A stretch of DNA of 63,053 nt, the filler included, from Octopus bimaculoides (lineage: Eukaryota), in the NCBI RefSeq assembly GCF_001194135.2. It is 4 parts of 3 records of this genome, joined end to end, with 100 filler letters (N's around TTAATTAATTAA, not from the genome) between each part and the next. Parts side by side here need not be neighbours in the genome. Positions count along the whole stretch, not along the records: positions 11,447 to 42,153 come from NC_068999.1; 3 more parts are not named here. One strand, 5' to 3'. A program made the translations under genes and the position numbers. Positions 11,447 to 24,299 of the stretch are shown here, one piece after another (position 1 is the stretch's first letter; each line of letters opens with the position of its first letter). The notes beneath the pieces were generated by a model. The model had not been told where the DNA came from and did no database searches. It saw nothing but the letters and a program-made list of their open reading frames with translations.

Positions 11447-12244
11447 TATATATATAGTCACACATTTATTTATTAAAGGAATATACCTTGTATAGCAATT
11501 AGGGTAAAGAATTATGAGTTATGTGAGGAACGAATATATATATATATATACATAGATATATATATATGTGTGTGTGTGTGTGCCCACACACATTCATACT
11601 CACACATACACAATACACACACACACCTGCTCTCATATATTTCAAAAGGTAGTACAGAAGTTCAACAAAGAATTTTTCAGGAAAAAGTGTAAAAATATAA
11701 ACACATTGAATCCCTTCGTGAGTGGATGATTGGATGTTGCTAGAGCAGTTTTGGCACCAATGACCAAATTGCTCAACATGGCCATATCTGCAGCATGGAG
11801 CTGCCAGAGTAAGGATGAGAGGATAAGAAAATCAAAAAAGGATAGGATATTCATGGATGATAAGAGTAAAAGTCCTGAAGAAACTGAACCAAGGTCTAAG
11901 GGGTGAAATCCCTGGAAATGTAAAGAGATGGACATGGACAAAAGTTGTTTTGAGTGGGAGGTAACTTTTGAAAGGGAAAAATATATGAAGAATTAGTTTT
12001 CGATGCCTGTGTAAAAATTGGAGGGTAGATGGGGAGTTGCAGAGAGGGAAAGGGGATGGAAAGAGAGGAAGAGAATGGGATGGAAAGAAATAGGAGAGAG
12101 TGAGAAGGGAGGGAATATAAAGGGCAAAACATTTTGAACTTCAAAAGACATATGAGTAGAGGCTAAGAGCCAGAGAAAGAGAAGGAGAGACAGAAAGAGT
12201 AGTAAGGAAAGTGAAGGAAGGAGATAGATAGATAGATAGAGAGG

Positions 12245-12291
<47 letters not shown>

Positions 12292-13431
12292 TCTTAGAAA
12301 ATCTGAGTAAAGTCAAAGGGAGGAACAGAAAGAGAGGGTAAGATTGTGAGAGTTGAAGTAGATTTGATCAAATTCAAAAACAGAGAGTAAGGTAGCGAAA
12401 GAGCCAGTCAGACAAACAGACAGACAGACAGACAAGTTTTCAATATGATCTGGAGGAGAATGGTGTTCAAGAATGCTTGTAAAATTTAAGAGCATTGTGC
12501 AAACAACTCACTTAGCTCTTCTAGAATGAGCAATAATTATGAAATTTAAGACCATTGTGGAAGCAACTCACTTAACTTCCACAGAATGTTCTGGTCGGCA
12601 GCAATGAAAGATTTGATTACCGAATACATAACTTACATTGCACAATATCCTTACAGCGCATTCTATGTTAAACAATTATTACAATAATGTAGAATACGTT
12701 CCAATTCATTTGTACACTATCACATAGTAATCTGGGAGCCTTTTCTCAATGTGCTTCTTGAAATTAAGAAGGCACTGGATAATGAAGTTATTAGCTGCAT
12801 AGATTTCTTTTCACTAGGAACACTGTCAAAGCACACCAAGGACACAGTGTGTAGTTAATCAAATATAATCACAACTCTATAATTGTTGAGAATGGGAATG
12901 AATTAATGAGTTTCCTTGTGACCAACTGAGAGAATCATAGTTTGTATTCCTCATACTGTTGTTGTTCTTGTTTGAATTTAGGCAAGTTCTTTGATTAATA
13001 GCATTCGAACCATAACCTTCACATTTTTGTTTTTCCACACATAATGTATCGCGGATTACATTATCTAACGTGTCCTGTATTCTTCAGACAGTATTGTGTG
13101 ATTTATAATGGAAATTTGTCTGTTATTTCTTGTGAGTTGAATGAATGATGGCTCTTTATTTTGCATCTTACCAACAAAGGAATGTTCAAAATGGTAGCCA
13201 AATCTCCCTCAAATTATATCCTGCAACCTTAAGGAAGAAAATGCAGATAATATATTCATGTGTAGGCAAAATGACATGATGGCCATGGATGGAGAGATCA
13301 GGGCTAACTTGGAGTCTAAATCACAAAAATATCAAGAGGAGTCATAAGATGATGATGCTGTCAGGTTGTAAGACTTGCTTGAAATAGTAATCAAACTTAC
13401 TCAAATCACATCCTAGAAAGGAAGGTGCAAG

Positions 13432-13850
13432 CATGGCTTTGTGGTTAATAAGTTTGCTTCCAAACTACATAGTTTCAGGTTCAATCCTCCTGCATGGCTG
13501 CTTGGGAAAGTGTTTCCTTTTATACCCTTGGTCTGACCTTGGGCTGTAGTAGAAGCTTTGAGTGGATTTAGTAGATGGAAATTGAAAGAAGCCTGTTGTG
13601 TGTATGTGTGTGTGAGTGTATATTTGTCTTCTTGACATCATGTGATAGTTGTAAACGAGTGTCACTGTCATAGAAGCAGTGTCATTTATTTCCGATACCC
13701 TGCAGAAACACGTCTGGTGTTGGTTGAATATTACCTCACTTGGAAACAGGTGAAGGTTGGCCATAGCAAGGGAATCTGGATATAGAAAATCTGCCACAGT
13801 GAACTCCATCTGATCTATGCAAGCATGGAAAAGTCAGCATTAATATAATG
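13432..13850 (+). mobile_element. Full-length, CpG-decayed tRNA-derived SINE with RTE-like 3' tail
   Basis: Head GTGGTTAATAAGTTTGCTTCC...GGTTCAATCC, central TTGGGAAAGTG...GAGTGGATTTAGTAGATGGAAATTGAAAGAAGCC, and tail ...ATGCAAGCATGGAAAAGT. Confidence 0.75.
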
Positions 13851-14873
13851 TTGATCATTCAGATGTTTATAAGCAGTAATTTACTCTGCCTTTAGTATTT
13901 TAGTACTATTTTCTCCACCTTGATTTGCAAATATACGATCATATATGTGTGTATATATATATACACACAGGCATATTATACATACATACATACATATATT
14001 TAGTTTTAAATAAATTGGGAAAATGTACAAATTACATTTCTCTACTCTTTGTGCTTGTTTAATCCTGAAAACACCTGCTTTCTTCCGTTGTATCATTCAT
14101 GGCTGCGATAGTATACTATGGACTACAACAGCCCATATACTTCTCTCACTGCAAGCACAACAGAAATACAGCACCATAAATGATATAATCCAATTTTTTC
14201 ATTAATTCCATCCATTGTAGAAATATTATATCCCAGACTATGTTATGCAATTTTGTATTGTCTTGAGATTACTTATTGTTAAAATGATTACCATTTTCCA
14301 TACTATTAGCATTGCCCTTAGAGATTTAAGTTCTTTGAATATCTATATTTCTTTAATGTCTTGATCCATTTAGGTCTACTTTTGTCAGCTTATTCTTGGA
14401 TGTGTACACAGCACAGATGAGTGGATAAATGCATTTACAACTCTTTGCTTATAAATAAATTTTCTTGGTCCGTATCACATCTCTGTAGTCTCTGTAGCTT
14501 TTACATATCCAGGAATAATAAAACTCCATGTAACAAAGATGAAATTGATCAAAATGAATGTAAGCGTAGTTAATGTTATAAATGTATTCTATCTCTAATA
14601 AAGACAGACTTAATAGTTTGAAAATTATAATTCATCATCCAATTTATTTTTTCCCTTTTGTAAGATATTACATTGTGTTTTGAGTGGTATTTGGTTACTA
14701 TGTGTCAAGGAACTGTGCACTCCCTCACCCCTATGAACATGATATGTACAGAGTGGTGAGGTTTTGCTGGACATTATTGAGTTTACATTTTGATCAATTG
14801 AAATACTCCAACAGACAAAGCAGATGAAAGTGTAAACTCGCTTTATTGTAAAACAAACATGCCTTATTATCAA

Positions 14874-14928
14874 TAATGTTTGGTTGTTTTATAATATATT
14901 TAATACATTATAAAACAACCAAACATTA
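14874..14928. repeat. Perfect 22-bp inverted repeat with 11-nt loop
   Basis: TAATGTTTGGTTGTTTTATAAT / ATTATAAAACAACCAAACATTA. Confidence 0.9.
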
Positions 14929-15191
14929 ATATATTAAACCAGGGTGTCTTGGATAAAACTACCCCTATAAGAGGTTTAAGTATCCTCATAGTATATATGT
15001 GTGTGTGTGTGTATATGTATGTATTTATGTAAACATATGTATTTGCATGTGGTCCTACCTATGACAGCATGGAAAATGGATGTTAAATGATTTCTATATG
15101 TGTATATACATAAACATATTAAAAATAAAATATATGCCTGTGCACACACACATATGATTTATGTATTTGTAAGTATAATATATATACACAC

Positions 15192-15225
<34 letters not shown>

Positions 15226-15449
15226 ATATATATANNNNNNNNNNNNNNNNNNNNNNNNNNNNNNNNNNNNNNNNNNNNNNNNNNNNNNNNNNNNNNNNNN
15301 NNNNNNNNNNNNNNNNNNNNNNNNNNNNNNNNNNNNNNNNNNNNNNNNNNNNNNNNNNNNNNNNNNNNNNNNNNNNNNNNNNNNNNNNNNNNNNNNNNNN
15401 NNNNNNNNNNNNNNNNNNNNNNNNNNNNNNNNNNNNNNNNNNNNNNNNN

Positions 15450-15506
<57 letters not shown>

Positions 15507-16019
15507 TTTATGTTAGAAAATACTTTTTCATTAAACAGAAATGAAATTCAAGTAAACTAACAACATCAACAAGAAATATAGAAATCTAATACAGTTGTTT
15601 CTTCTAAAAACAAATCATAGAAAACTATACAAAACAAATCATAGATTCCTTCATATGCAGAATTATATCTGTTATCTATCCTTGTAGAACATTTTTAATT
15701 TTTCTTCAAAACAAACAAAAGAAAATCCTGAATATATTTAAATGTTTTTTTTTTCTTCTTACCAAATAATAATTTCGTGAATATATTTATTTTGCCTTGG
15801 AAGAAGCCAGTTTTTAAATGGAAGTGTTATATTCACTGATATTCTTCTGTTAATCATCAGCATTGTCCTTGTCATCATCATCTTCATTTATTTTTTAACA
15901 TCCGTCTTCCATGTTGATATTCGTTGGCTGTTTTGACAGGGTCTGACAAGTTGGAGCCAATATGTCTTGCCATGATGTTTGCTCTCGCTTGGCCTCTATG
16001 GCTGGATGCTCTTCCTCTT

Positions 16020-16330
16020 TTGCCAAGGAATTTCAACCTTGTTTCGTGGTCTGTTACCACAACAGCTCCTTTATAGGATCCAGTTAGCTCAAGACATCAT
16101 GAGGAGGAACCATGTCTGGTTTCGGCCTCTACTCCTCTACCGTTTTGACGTGGCGGGGCCTCCCCTTTCGGAGGTGTCTTCAGCTCTGGTGTTGGGTGCA
16201 TGTCTTCTTTCTTCTATTCCCTGGCCTCTTCGATGTAGCATCAACGAGTGTCAGCGTCCGACTGACTGTCTTGTGAAATTCCCCTTTTTATACCTGCTGC
16301 TAGGCTCCAGCAGGCTGCCCCAGCAAGTTG
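16020..16330 (-). mobile_element. PLE pseudo-LTR-like repeat (same family as 36442-37020) with a degenerate permuted hammerhead at 16090-16142
   Basis: Reverse complement aligns to 36442-36700 and 36836-37020. It has TATAAAA upstream, and the core is mutated to CTCATGA. Confidence 0.8.
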
Positions 16331-16809
16331 TCATTGGCTTCACAGCGATATGATACAGAGTTAACTCCCATGGAGATTTAAGACTGAAATATTCTTTTAC
16401 TTGTTTCTAATACTAGACTTTGACCATGCTGGAGCGCTACCTGAAAGGCTTTGCTCAAGGAAATTGTACTTACTTTTCACTCTGCCACTTATAGTATAAA
16501 TTGTCATCTTGGAATATAAACAAACCAGCATTGGTTGTTAATCAGTAGGAGAACATTCACACATACAGACACACACATGTACACTCACTCACACACATGC
16601 ATATATGCATGAATGTCTGTGCTTATGTATAAATATGTGTATGGTTTCTTTTTTAGTATATATATATATATATATATATATAAAACCAATTTAGCGTTAA
16701 AGTGAAAGATTACTCAATACTTGTTAGCAAAGTACATATTAACTTTTGCTAAGTAAAAGTTGATAGTAACTTTGAATTTTCAGCTTGCTTTGCCTTCATC
16801 AGACTGTAA

Positions 16810-16898
<89 letters not shown>

Positions 16899-17367
16899 GT
16901 GTGTATGTGTGTGTGTGTGTGTGATCTAGACATTGACCTTACAACAAACACGAGTTGTTTTGATGAATCTTGACACTTTGTTTGATGTTGGAATACGTTT
17001 ATATTGAATATGATTTGACCTGTGTAAATATGGTTAACAACATATTTATACAGGTCAGAATTTATGAAGAATAATAGAGATGCTTCAGGCAGAACACGAC
17101 AAAAAACTAAAGACATAATTCAACTTTGAAGAAAGTTACGGAAGTTTGTAAAATGTTCAGTCAGTCAGACGAATAAGTAAATAATTATACTGAGAGTTAT
17201 ATTAGTATTATACTAACATATAATCATAACACTAGTACGACCAATGCATAAGAAAAAGGGAGAATTTAAGGAGAAATTCTCATTCAAAATACTTTCCCTA
17301 ATGTGTGTCTTGTTAATTAGTTAAAATCTGTTCTCATCATTATGTTGCTCAGTTAATAAAATCATAT

Positions 17368-17404
<37 letters not shown>

Positions 17405-20400
17405 CACACACATTTTTAATTTGTTTGAAGAAGAGACAGTTCAAATAGATCTTTGTACTGAATGAAATGCTTTGTACAAGATGAGGTAGATATACAGAAT
17501 ATTGACTATTTTTTTTTTTATAAGTGAAAATGCTTTCATTGTTACATTCTCCTGTTGATAAAATTATGTGTCTTATGTGTGTGTGAAATAAACATCAGAG
17601 ACACACTTGGCCTCCTGCAGTAAGTGTAGGAGCTCCTCAGAGGTTTTGCAAGCCCTTCTAAATCAATCACATTACTGGAAGCCCCTCTCTATCATCAGTT
17701 GGTGTCTCCTGGTCACAAATGTTTCACCCCTTAGTCAGTTTGCTTCACCTGAGTGGGGCAGCGAGGACTAAAGAGAGACAGATGAAGTAGATTTTTATTG
17801 ATTTAAAATATTTTGAAGATGAGCTTGTTACAGAATATACACCCTGATGTCTAGAATACACCCACCTGTTATAGAATATATACCCTGATATCTAGAATAT
17901 ACCCACTTGTTATACTGTTCATTTTAGTAAAGAATAAATAAATCATTTGTTTTTTTACACTGTATAATGAAAGAGTAACATCAATTCCTTAAATTAAAAT
18001 TGAGCTGTAGCTCATAGCTGACATAACTTTAATTAGTAATGATACAGTCAATAACTAATTAAAACAGACGAAATAATATATTTTCAGTAATTATTTGAAG
18101 AATGATTGTTGGATATTTTGGGGAAATATATGATAGTTTAATTTAAATCATTGTAATAAGGCGTATTTTTTTAATAAATAAAAAGAAAACTAATTATTAA
18201 GATATATAATTAAAATATTTTACAGAAAACAATTAACTGTATTATTTCCTCTTTGATATTATGATTGTTAATGTCTCACAGTTTTTGAAAAGAAAAAAAT
18301 AAATATATTTTACCCAAGCATAAACGGTAGATGCAGGGTCCTTTTGAGTTGAGTATCCTGTACATTTTGGTTGTATCCTGATCGATAACTGGAAAGAATT
18401 TATTATTAAAATAAATTTCTTAAGAAGTTTACATGAGAGTGATATAGAAAGAAATGATTTATGATATTTAGGGGCCAAAGTTGTAAGATCTGGTTGTTCT
18501 ATTGAGTAAAAATAATTTATTGGTCTATAAATAAATATGTTAAATATAACATTTTTTTCTTAGGTTTGTTCTCATAATCTGGTCATTCATTCTTCAGAAT
18601 AACATCCACCTGTAAAATTTCCACTTGCTGAAATTTTACCACAAATATCCTTTTTGTAAAAGTAAATCCTTTGTATTAATCAACCTCCTGGACCTACATT
18701 CCTATCTACCCTTACACACCTACCCGTGTGCCTGCCTACCTTCTTACCTACCTATCTACCTGCTTACCAACATACATACATGCATGCATACATAATACCT
18801 ATCTACCATCTTATCCACCTGTATGCATACACACCTATCTACCTACCTACCTACATAACTACTAACCAATCTACCTGTCTATTCTTTACCTGCCAACTTA
18901 CCCACCTAGCAGTCGACCCCATACCATTCTGAAAGGGCTGAGCACTGTACCTTTCATTTACAGAAGCTAATTAATTAAAAACGGTATAAAAGAATATTAA
19001 GTTTCATAATCTGCAGTGAATATGCATTGCATTTGTAAAATGGCATTTAAAATATTTAATAATTTACCTTCAGCAGTTAATGATGAATAAATGAGAGAAA
19101 TTTAATTGAAAGGAATATAGGAAAAATTGCAGTAAGAAATTTTGGCATGAATTCTAAATTGACAGGAATGAAACCATAATTGTTAATAATTTCATTAAAA
19201 ATAAATTTCAATTTCTTCTTTAATTGCACTTGTCAACTTTTCTCAATTTACTTGTTGCTAAGAATGAAGCTATTTTCTATGTGCATATTCAGAAATTATC
19301 ACAATTTTGCACCTTTTTTTCTTTTCCCTTCATAGAAAATTGTTGACTAAACATTATTTCTAAAGAATTCCTGTGAAAAATAGATTTTTAGCACTTGCAG
19401 GAAAGGATAGGATTTTAAGGGAAGTGTTAAAGCTACCGAATACACTGCAGTAATTGACTGATTGGCACTGTTTTGTGTATGATGAAGGATATTCTTTAGA
19501 GCCAACTGGTGTAGCAGGTCTATGCTATGATTTGAACCAGGGACTTGCTGTTTCTGATCAGGAAATGGTAAGAAAAATCTAACTTTCAAATAATGATGTC
19601 ACCATAAATCTTCTCAATTAGATTTGTTTTGTAGTCTAAAAGACCTTAGAACCAACAAGGAAACAAGCCGGATGAGCGATCTTGCAGAGGATGGATGCAA
19701 TCATGCATTAAGTTAGGTGATATCAGTTGTTGTTCAAGCAGATATGCCAATGTGAACCGTCTTGAAGACAAATTATCGAAATTGTCACTGACTGGCAGCA
19801 AACACTGCTGTTCATTTCTAACCCCTCCTTCTCTTTTCCTCTCAATCTAGATCTTTCTCTCATTTACATATAAACACTCTTTTGCTCCCCCACTGGATGG
19901 TCATGTCCAATGTAATCTCTTAACAATAACAATGTGATGAACCAAAATCAATGGCTTTCCTTTCATCCATTCAATTCATTGTTACTGAGGTAACAACACA
20001 CATTCATTTCTTATTGTTACACTGACAGTGTTCACAACCGTATATCTTTAAAGGGGAAAATGATGCGGTGTCACCCCTTTCCTTCAGTGACATGAGCTAG
20101 CACTTCAAGAGAGTGATAAAAATAATTGCTCAAGTCTCTCCTGCTTTAGGGAAAATTGAAGACAGGATGGAAAATTGGAAGCCTGTCATTCTAAAAACAG
20201 AATACTTCCAGCTGACTTATTCATTTTGCTATTCATATTTCACAATCAAGATCCTACTCAGTTCCAGTGAACCCTCCTCTGCATTCTTTAGGATGAGTTT
20301 GCTGATCTTAGGAGATCAAAGGTTGGCAGAGCAACAGCGAAACATGCTATTTCCACTATTGATATTTGGTATTGCTCAAAGTACCCCATGGTCTCAACTG

Positions 20401-20816
20401 TAATGAATGAAATGCAAATGAATGAAATGCAAAACTGACTCAAGGAAGCATCAACAATCAGGATGTAATGACTACACACACTAGCGTACACGTGCACTTA
20501 ACATGCACATTCTCTCAGAGAGAGAGAGAGAGAGAGAGAATTTGGAGAAAAGTAACAAAGTTGTAAGCATGTAGTTGGAGCAGTAGATGGCCAGAAGGAA
20601 ATTCTGTTGAAGATGATCAGATAGAGAGAGAGAAACTAAAATATTATTTTGCTATTTTATTTTATCAGTCATAAAGAATCAGAAATTCTTGGTGATTTCA
20701 TGAATAATATTTAAATATTGTAAAAGTTAGATGGTTTGGCTGATAAACATTTTGCTAAATCTATAGTTAAATGTTAAATGTGTATCTGTAATAAAAATGT
20801 AGTGGAGCGAGAGAGA

Positions 20817-20847
<31 letters not shown>

Positions 20848-21410
20848 CATGTGTGTGTTTCCATACACTTTAAATCACAGGTCCAACTCAAATGAGATGG
20901 GCTTCTATCCAGTTCTATCCAGTTCCTTCCTTCTCAGTTTCCTTTGTATTGGTTTAAGTTGGTCCAAGGCCAAAATGTTGTACTGCAGGATTGAACTAGG
21001 GACCTAATCATCCAGCCATACTGTTCCTATATTGGATGCTCTGCATCTGAAAAGCAAAGACAAAAAATGGTCACAGGTGAATCAAATATGAAGAATTACC
21101 CAGAATTCAACAACTGCAACTCTGGTCTGAGCAAATTACCGATTCTCTATAATGAGAGTTAAAATAAAACAAAAGGAAAAGTTATATTCCAAAGCAATTT
21201 GTGTGAGATGGTGGTGGTGGTGGTGGTGGTGGTGGTGAGGTGGGTGAGCTGTTTTCTCTTGTCTGGAAACATGCAGCTTTTTTTGTTTTTTTTTTTGGTT
21301 TCTTATGGAATTTTGTAAAATACTAAAATTATTGCTTTAAACAGCATTTCAAAATATTGGGAAGGAAATGCTACATATGTATGCATATTTATTAACTGGA
21401 ATTTGATAAT

Positions 21411-21441
<31 letters not shown>

Positions 21442-22136
21442 TTCATTTCTAACTTGTGTGTACAAATAAACTTATTTCTGAAACTTCTTTCTCTTTACAT
21501 AAATTTGATAAGAATCTTTTACAATTCTTTAGAGAATAAAAAGAACCAAACCAATGCCACCACCAACCTCTTCATCTGACTCACTTTGCATGGAAATGTA
21601 TATGCATGTGCATGAGTAGACATACATGTGTGTGCATATACATGCATGTGTTTATATATACATGTGCATGTGTTTGGGTGTGTATGTGCATATATATATA
21701 TATACATGCATATGTACACATACATACACACATACATACTATGCGTGTGTAAAACAGACATTTCCTTCAGCATAAAAAAACTTTTTTAAGTTATTAATGA
21801 GAAAGTAACGTTTGTGAAAATATGAAGAAATTTCTCTTTTCATGCTGCTTATATGATATTCTGTGAGAAATTGGGTGGGGGTGGAGGGGGGACATAACAA
21901 CAACAACATCAACAACAAAAACAGCAAGAATTAAAAATCAAAAATGATAGAAATAAACAACAAAAGTTTTACTTATTTTATAATTGTTTATATTCCTGTG
22001 TTGTTTTCTGAGTATTTTCTATCTATGTGGTTATATATATATAAATGCAAGTATATTGGTATATCTATCTATCTATCTACTAAAAATACATACATACATA
22101 CATATATATATATATATACACACATGCATCTATCTA

Positions 22137-22177
<41 letters not shown>

Positions 22178-22187
22178 NNNNNNNNNN

Positions 22188-22224
<37 letters not shown>

Positions 22225-23235
22225 CATCTGTCTACCTATATCTATCTACACACACATTCACCCTGTGGAAGAAAAAGAGAGTGAGTAGGAATGGAGGTGG
22301 TTGGCAGTGGGCAACAGACAAAAATAGCTTATATTTATATTTCAAGTGAAAGAAATTAAAAGTTGTATTAATCTTTAAAATCTATAACAAAGAATAGTCA
22401 CTTTTACTTGTTGTTTGCATATACGCATGTTTATTGCCATTGTTGTCAGCATCGTTGTTCATTTTTGCTTTTCTTCAAATGTCTTCTTTTTTGAAACTAA
22501 ATACCAGCGAATATTTCAACAAAGCATAATGCTTAAATCATTGCTTTATTTTAGTCATAAAAATGAGAAAAGAGATTTGAAATCTAATCCATTATTTATA
22601 ATGATTACTGAGTTAAGATATATGCTGTTGTATATTTGTGTGTAGACATTAAGATAGTGTTGTGAGTTTATATAATAGGATTGCAACACTGTGCATGGAA
22701 AAGGAAATAAGCCTTAAGTAGGAACATCCGAGCATATTCTTCTTTATTTTATGATATTACAATTATCTTCTATGCAAAAGGCTAAATGACATTTGCTTGT
22801 TTGTTGTTTCAGCATTTCTGTTACATTTTGAGAATACTGAATGTGAAAGTAGTGACAGTGCTGAGAGTAGAACAAGATAAAAGTATCATAAAAGCAGGTG
22901 GATTTAGACAGATAAATGTATAGACGTGGGTGAGGGCTGATGGTGTAGGATGGAGAGAGAACGAGAGAAATATTTATCAGTCAGTAGCAAGAATGTTGAT
23001 GAAGCTGGCAGTGAGGCAATTAGCGAATGAAGAAGAAGGGAGTTATGAAATCTGAGTGAGAAAGAAAGATTTCGTGAAGAAAGGTTGGAGGTTGAAACGC
23101 AGAGCCTCACAATGTAGCAGGGCAATTAGAGAGGTAACAGGATAAAATAACAGATCTATATATNNNNNNNNNNNNNNNNNNNNNNNNNNNNNNNNNNNNN
23201 NNNNNNNNNNNNNNNNNNNNNNNNNNNNNNNNNNN

Positions 23236-23285
<50 letters not shown>

Positions 23286-23444
23286 ATATAGCATATAGCA
23301 GAGAGATTGTCAGAGGGATGGCCATGCATGATGTCTAATGTAAACGTCCTTCTTCCTGAAGAGGATTGTGCTTGATTGTTTGTGTACTGCTATTTATTGT
23401 TAGGTTTGCATTTGAGATATATTTCTGCGTATTCCTTTTATCAT

Positions 23445-23760
23445 TCAATTGTGTAAGTCATTAGACTGCAGCCATGCTATGGCACCACATTTTTGTTTTG
23501 TAAGCCTCGTACTTATTCTATAGGTCTTTTTTTGGGGGGCTGAAGCGCTAAGAAACAGAGACATAAACACACCAAGACTGGTTGTCAAATGGTAGAAAAA
23601 CACAAAGACACACACACATACAACGAGCTTCTTTCAGTATGCATTTAGCAAATCCACTTGCAAGACTTTGGTCGGCCCAGGGCTATAGTAGAAGACACTT
23701 GCCCAAGGTGCCATGCAGTGGGACTGAACCTGGAACCATGTGGTTGGGAATGAACTACTT
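23445..23760 (-). mobile_element. Composite SINE fragments (two families)
   Basis: GCAGCCATGCT...CACACCAAGACTGGTTGTCAA is followed by GCTATAGTAGAAGACACTTGCCCAAGGTGCCATGCAGTGGGACTGAACC, which is the reverse of a tRNA-derived head. Confidence 0.75.
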
Positions 23761-23943
23761 GATTTCTGTGTATCATAATTGTTTCTAATATAATACATAT
23801 TCTGCAACCTTGCCTATCCCAAGGTTGATGTTCCTTGTCGTACTACACTGGATTCTGGGGCGAAGGAAGAAACCCACTGCTGAGCTCAGGTTTTGGTTGT
23901 GTGTTGTGCATGTACTTGTGCATCCATATGTATATGTATATAT

Positions 23944-24220
23944 AATCATCATCATCATCGTTTAACGTCCGCCTTCCATGCTAGCATGGGTTGGACGATT
24001 TGACTGAAGACTGGTGAAACCAGATGGCAACACCAGCCTCCAATCTGATTTGGCAGAGTTTCTACAGCTGGATGNNNNNNNNNNCACCAGCCTCCAATCT
24101 GATTTGGCAGAGTTTCTACAGCTGGATGCCCTTCCTAATGCCAACCACTCAGAGAGTGTAGTGGGTGCTTTTACGTGTCACTCGCACGAAGGCCAGTCAG
24201 GCGGTACTGGCAACGGCTGT
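23944..24220 (-). mobile_element. RTE-type 3' end (SINE or LINE tail) with (CAT)n terminus
   Basis: CATCATCATCGTTTAACGTCCGCCTTCCATGCTAGCATGGGTTGGAC...GGATGCCCTTCCTAATGCCAACC. Related copies lie at 28332-28660, 15870-15960 and 24318-24370. Confidence 0.75.
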
Positions 24221-24258
24221 ACATACATATGTGAGTATATAATTAAAGCATGTCTGTA

Positions 24259-24299
<41 letters not shown>

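Noticed and set aside
17660-17750. Minus-strand GAAAC...CTGATGA spaced like the permuted hammerheads
   Set aside because: There is no upstream UH site with complementary P1 and P3 strands.
20292-20400. DEFADLRR resembling TTC14 (DDFASALRK), the CCDC39 neighbour in human
   Set aside because: The match is too short, the following TPR residues do not fit, and the orientation differs from the human arrangement.
24004-24025. CTGAAGA-CTGGT-GAAA-CCAG as a hammerhead
   Set aside because: GAAA sits in a hairpin loop, there are no stems I or III, and it lies within an RTE-type tail.
24031-24128. Perfect 44-bp direct repeat
   Set aside because: The two copies flank a 10-N gap exactly, so this is an unmerged contig overlap.
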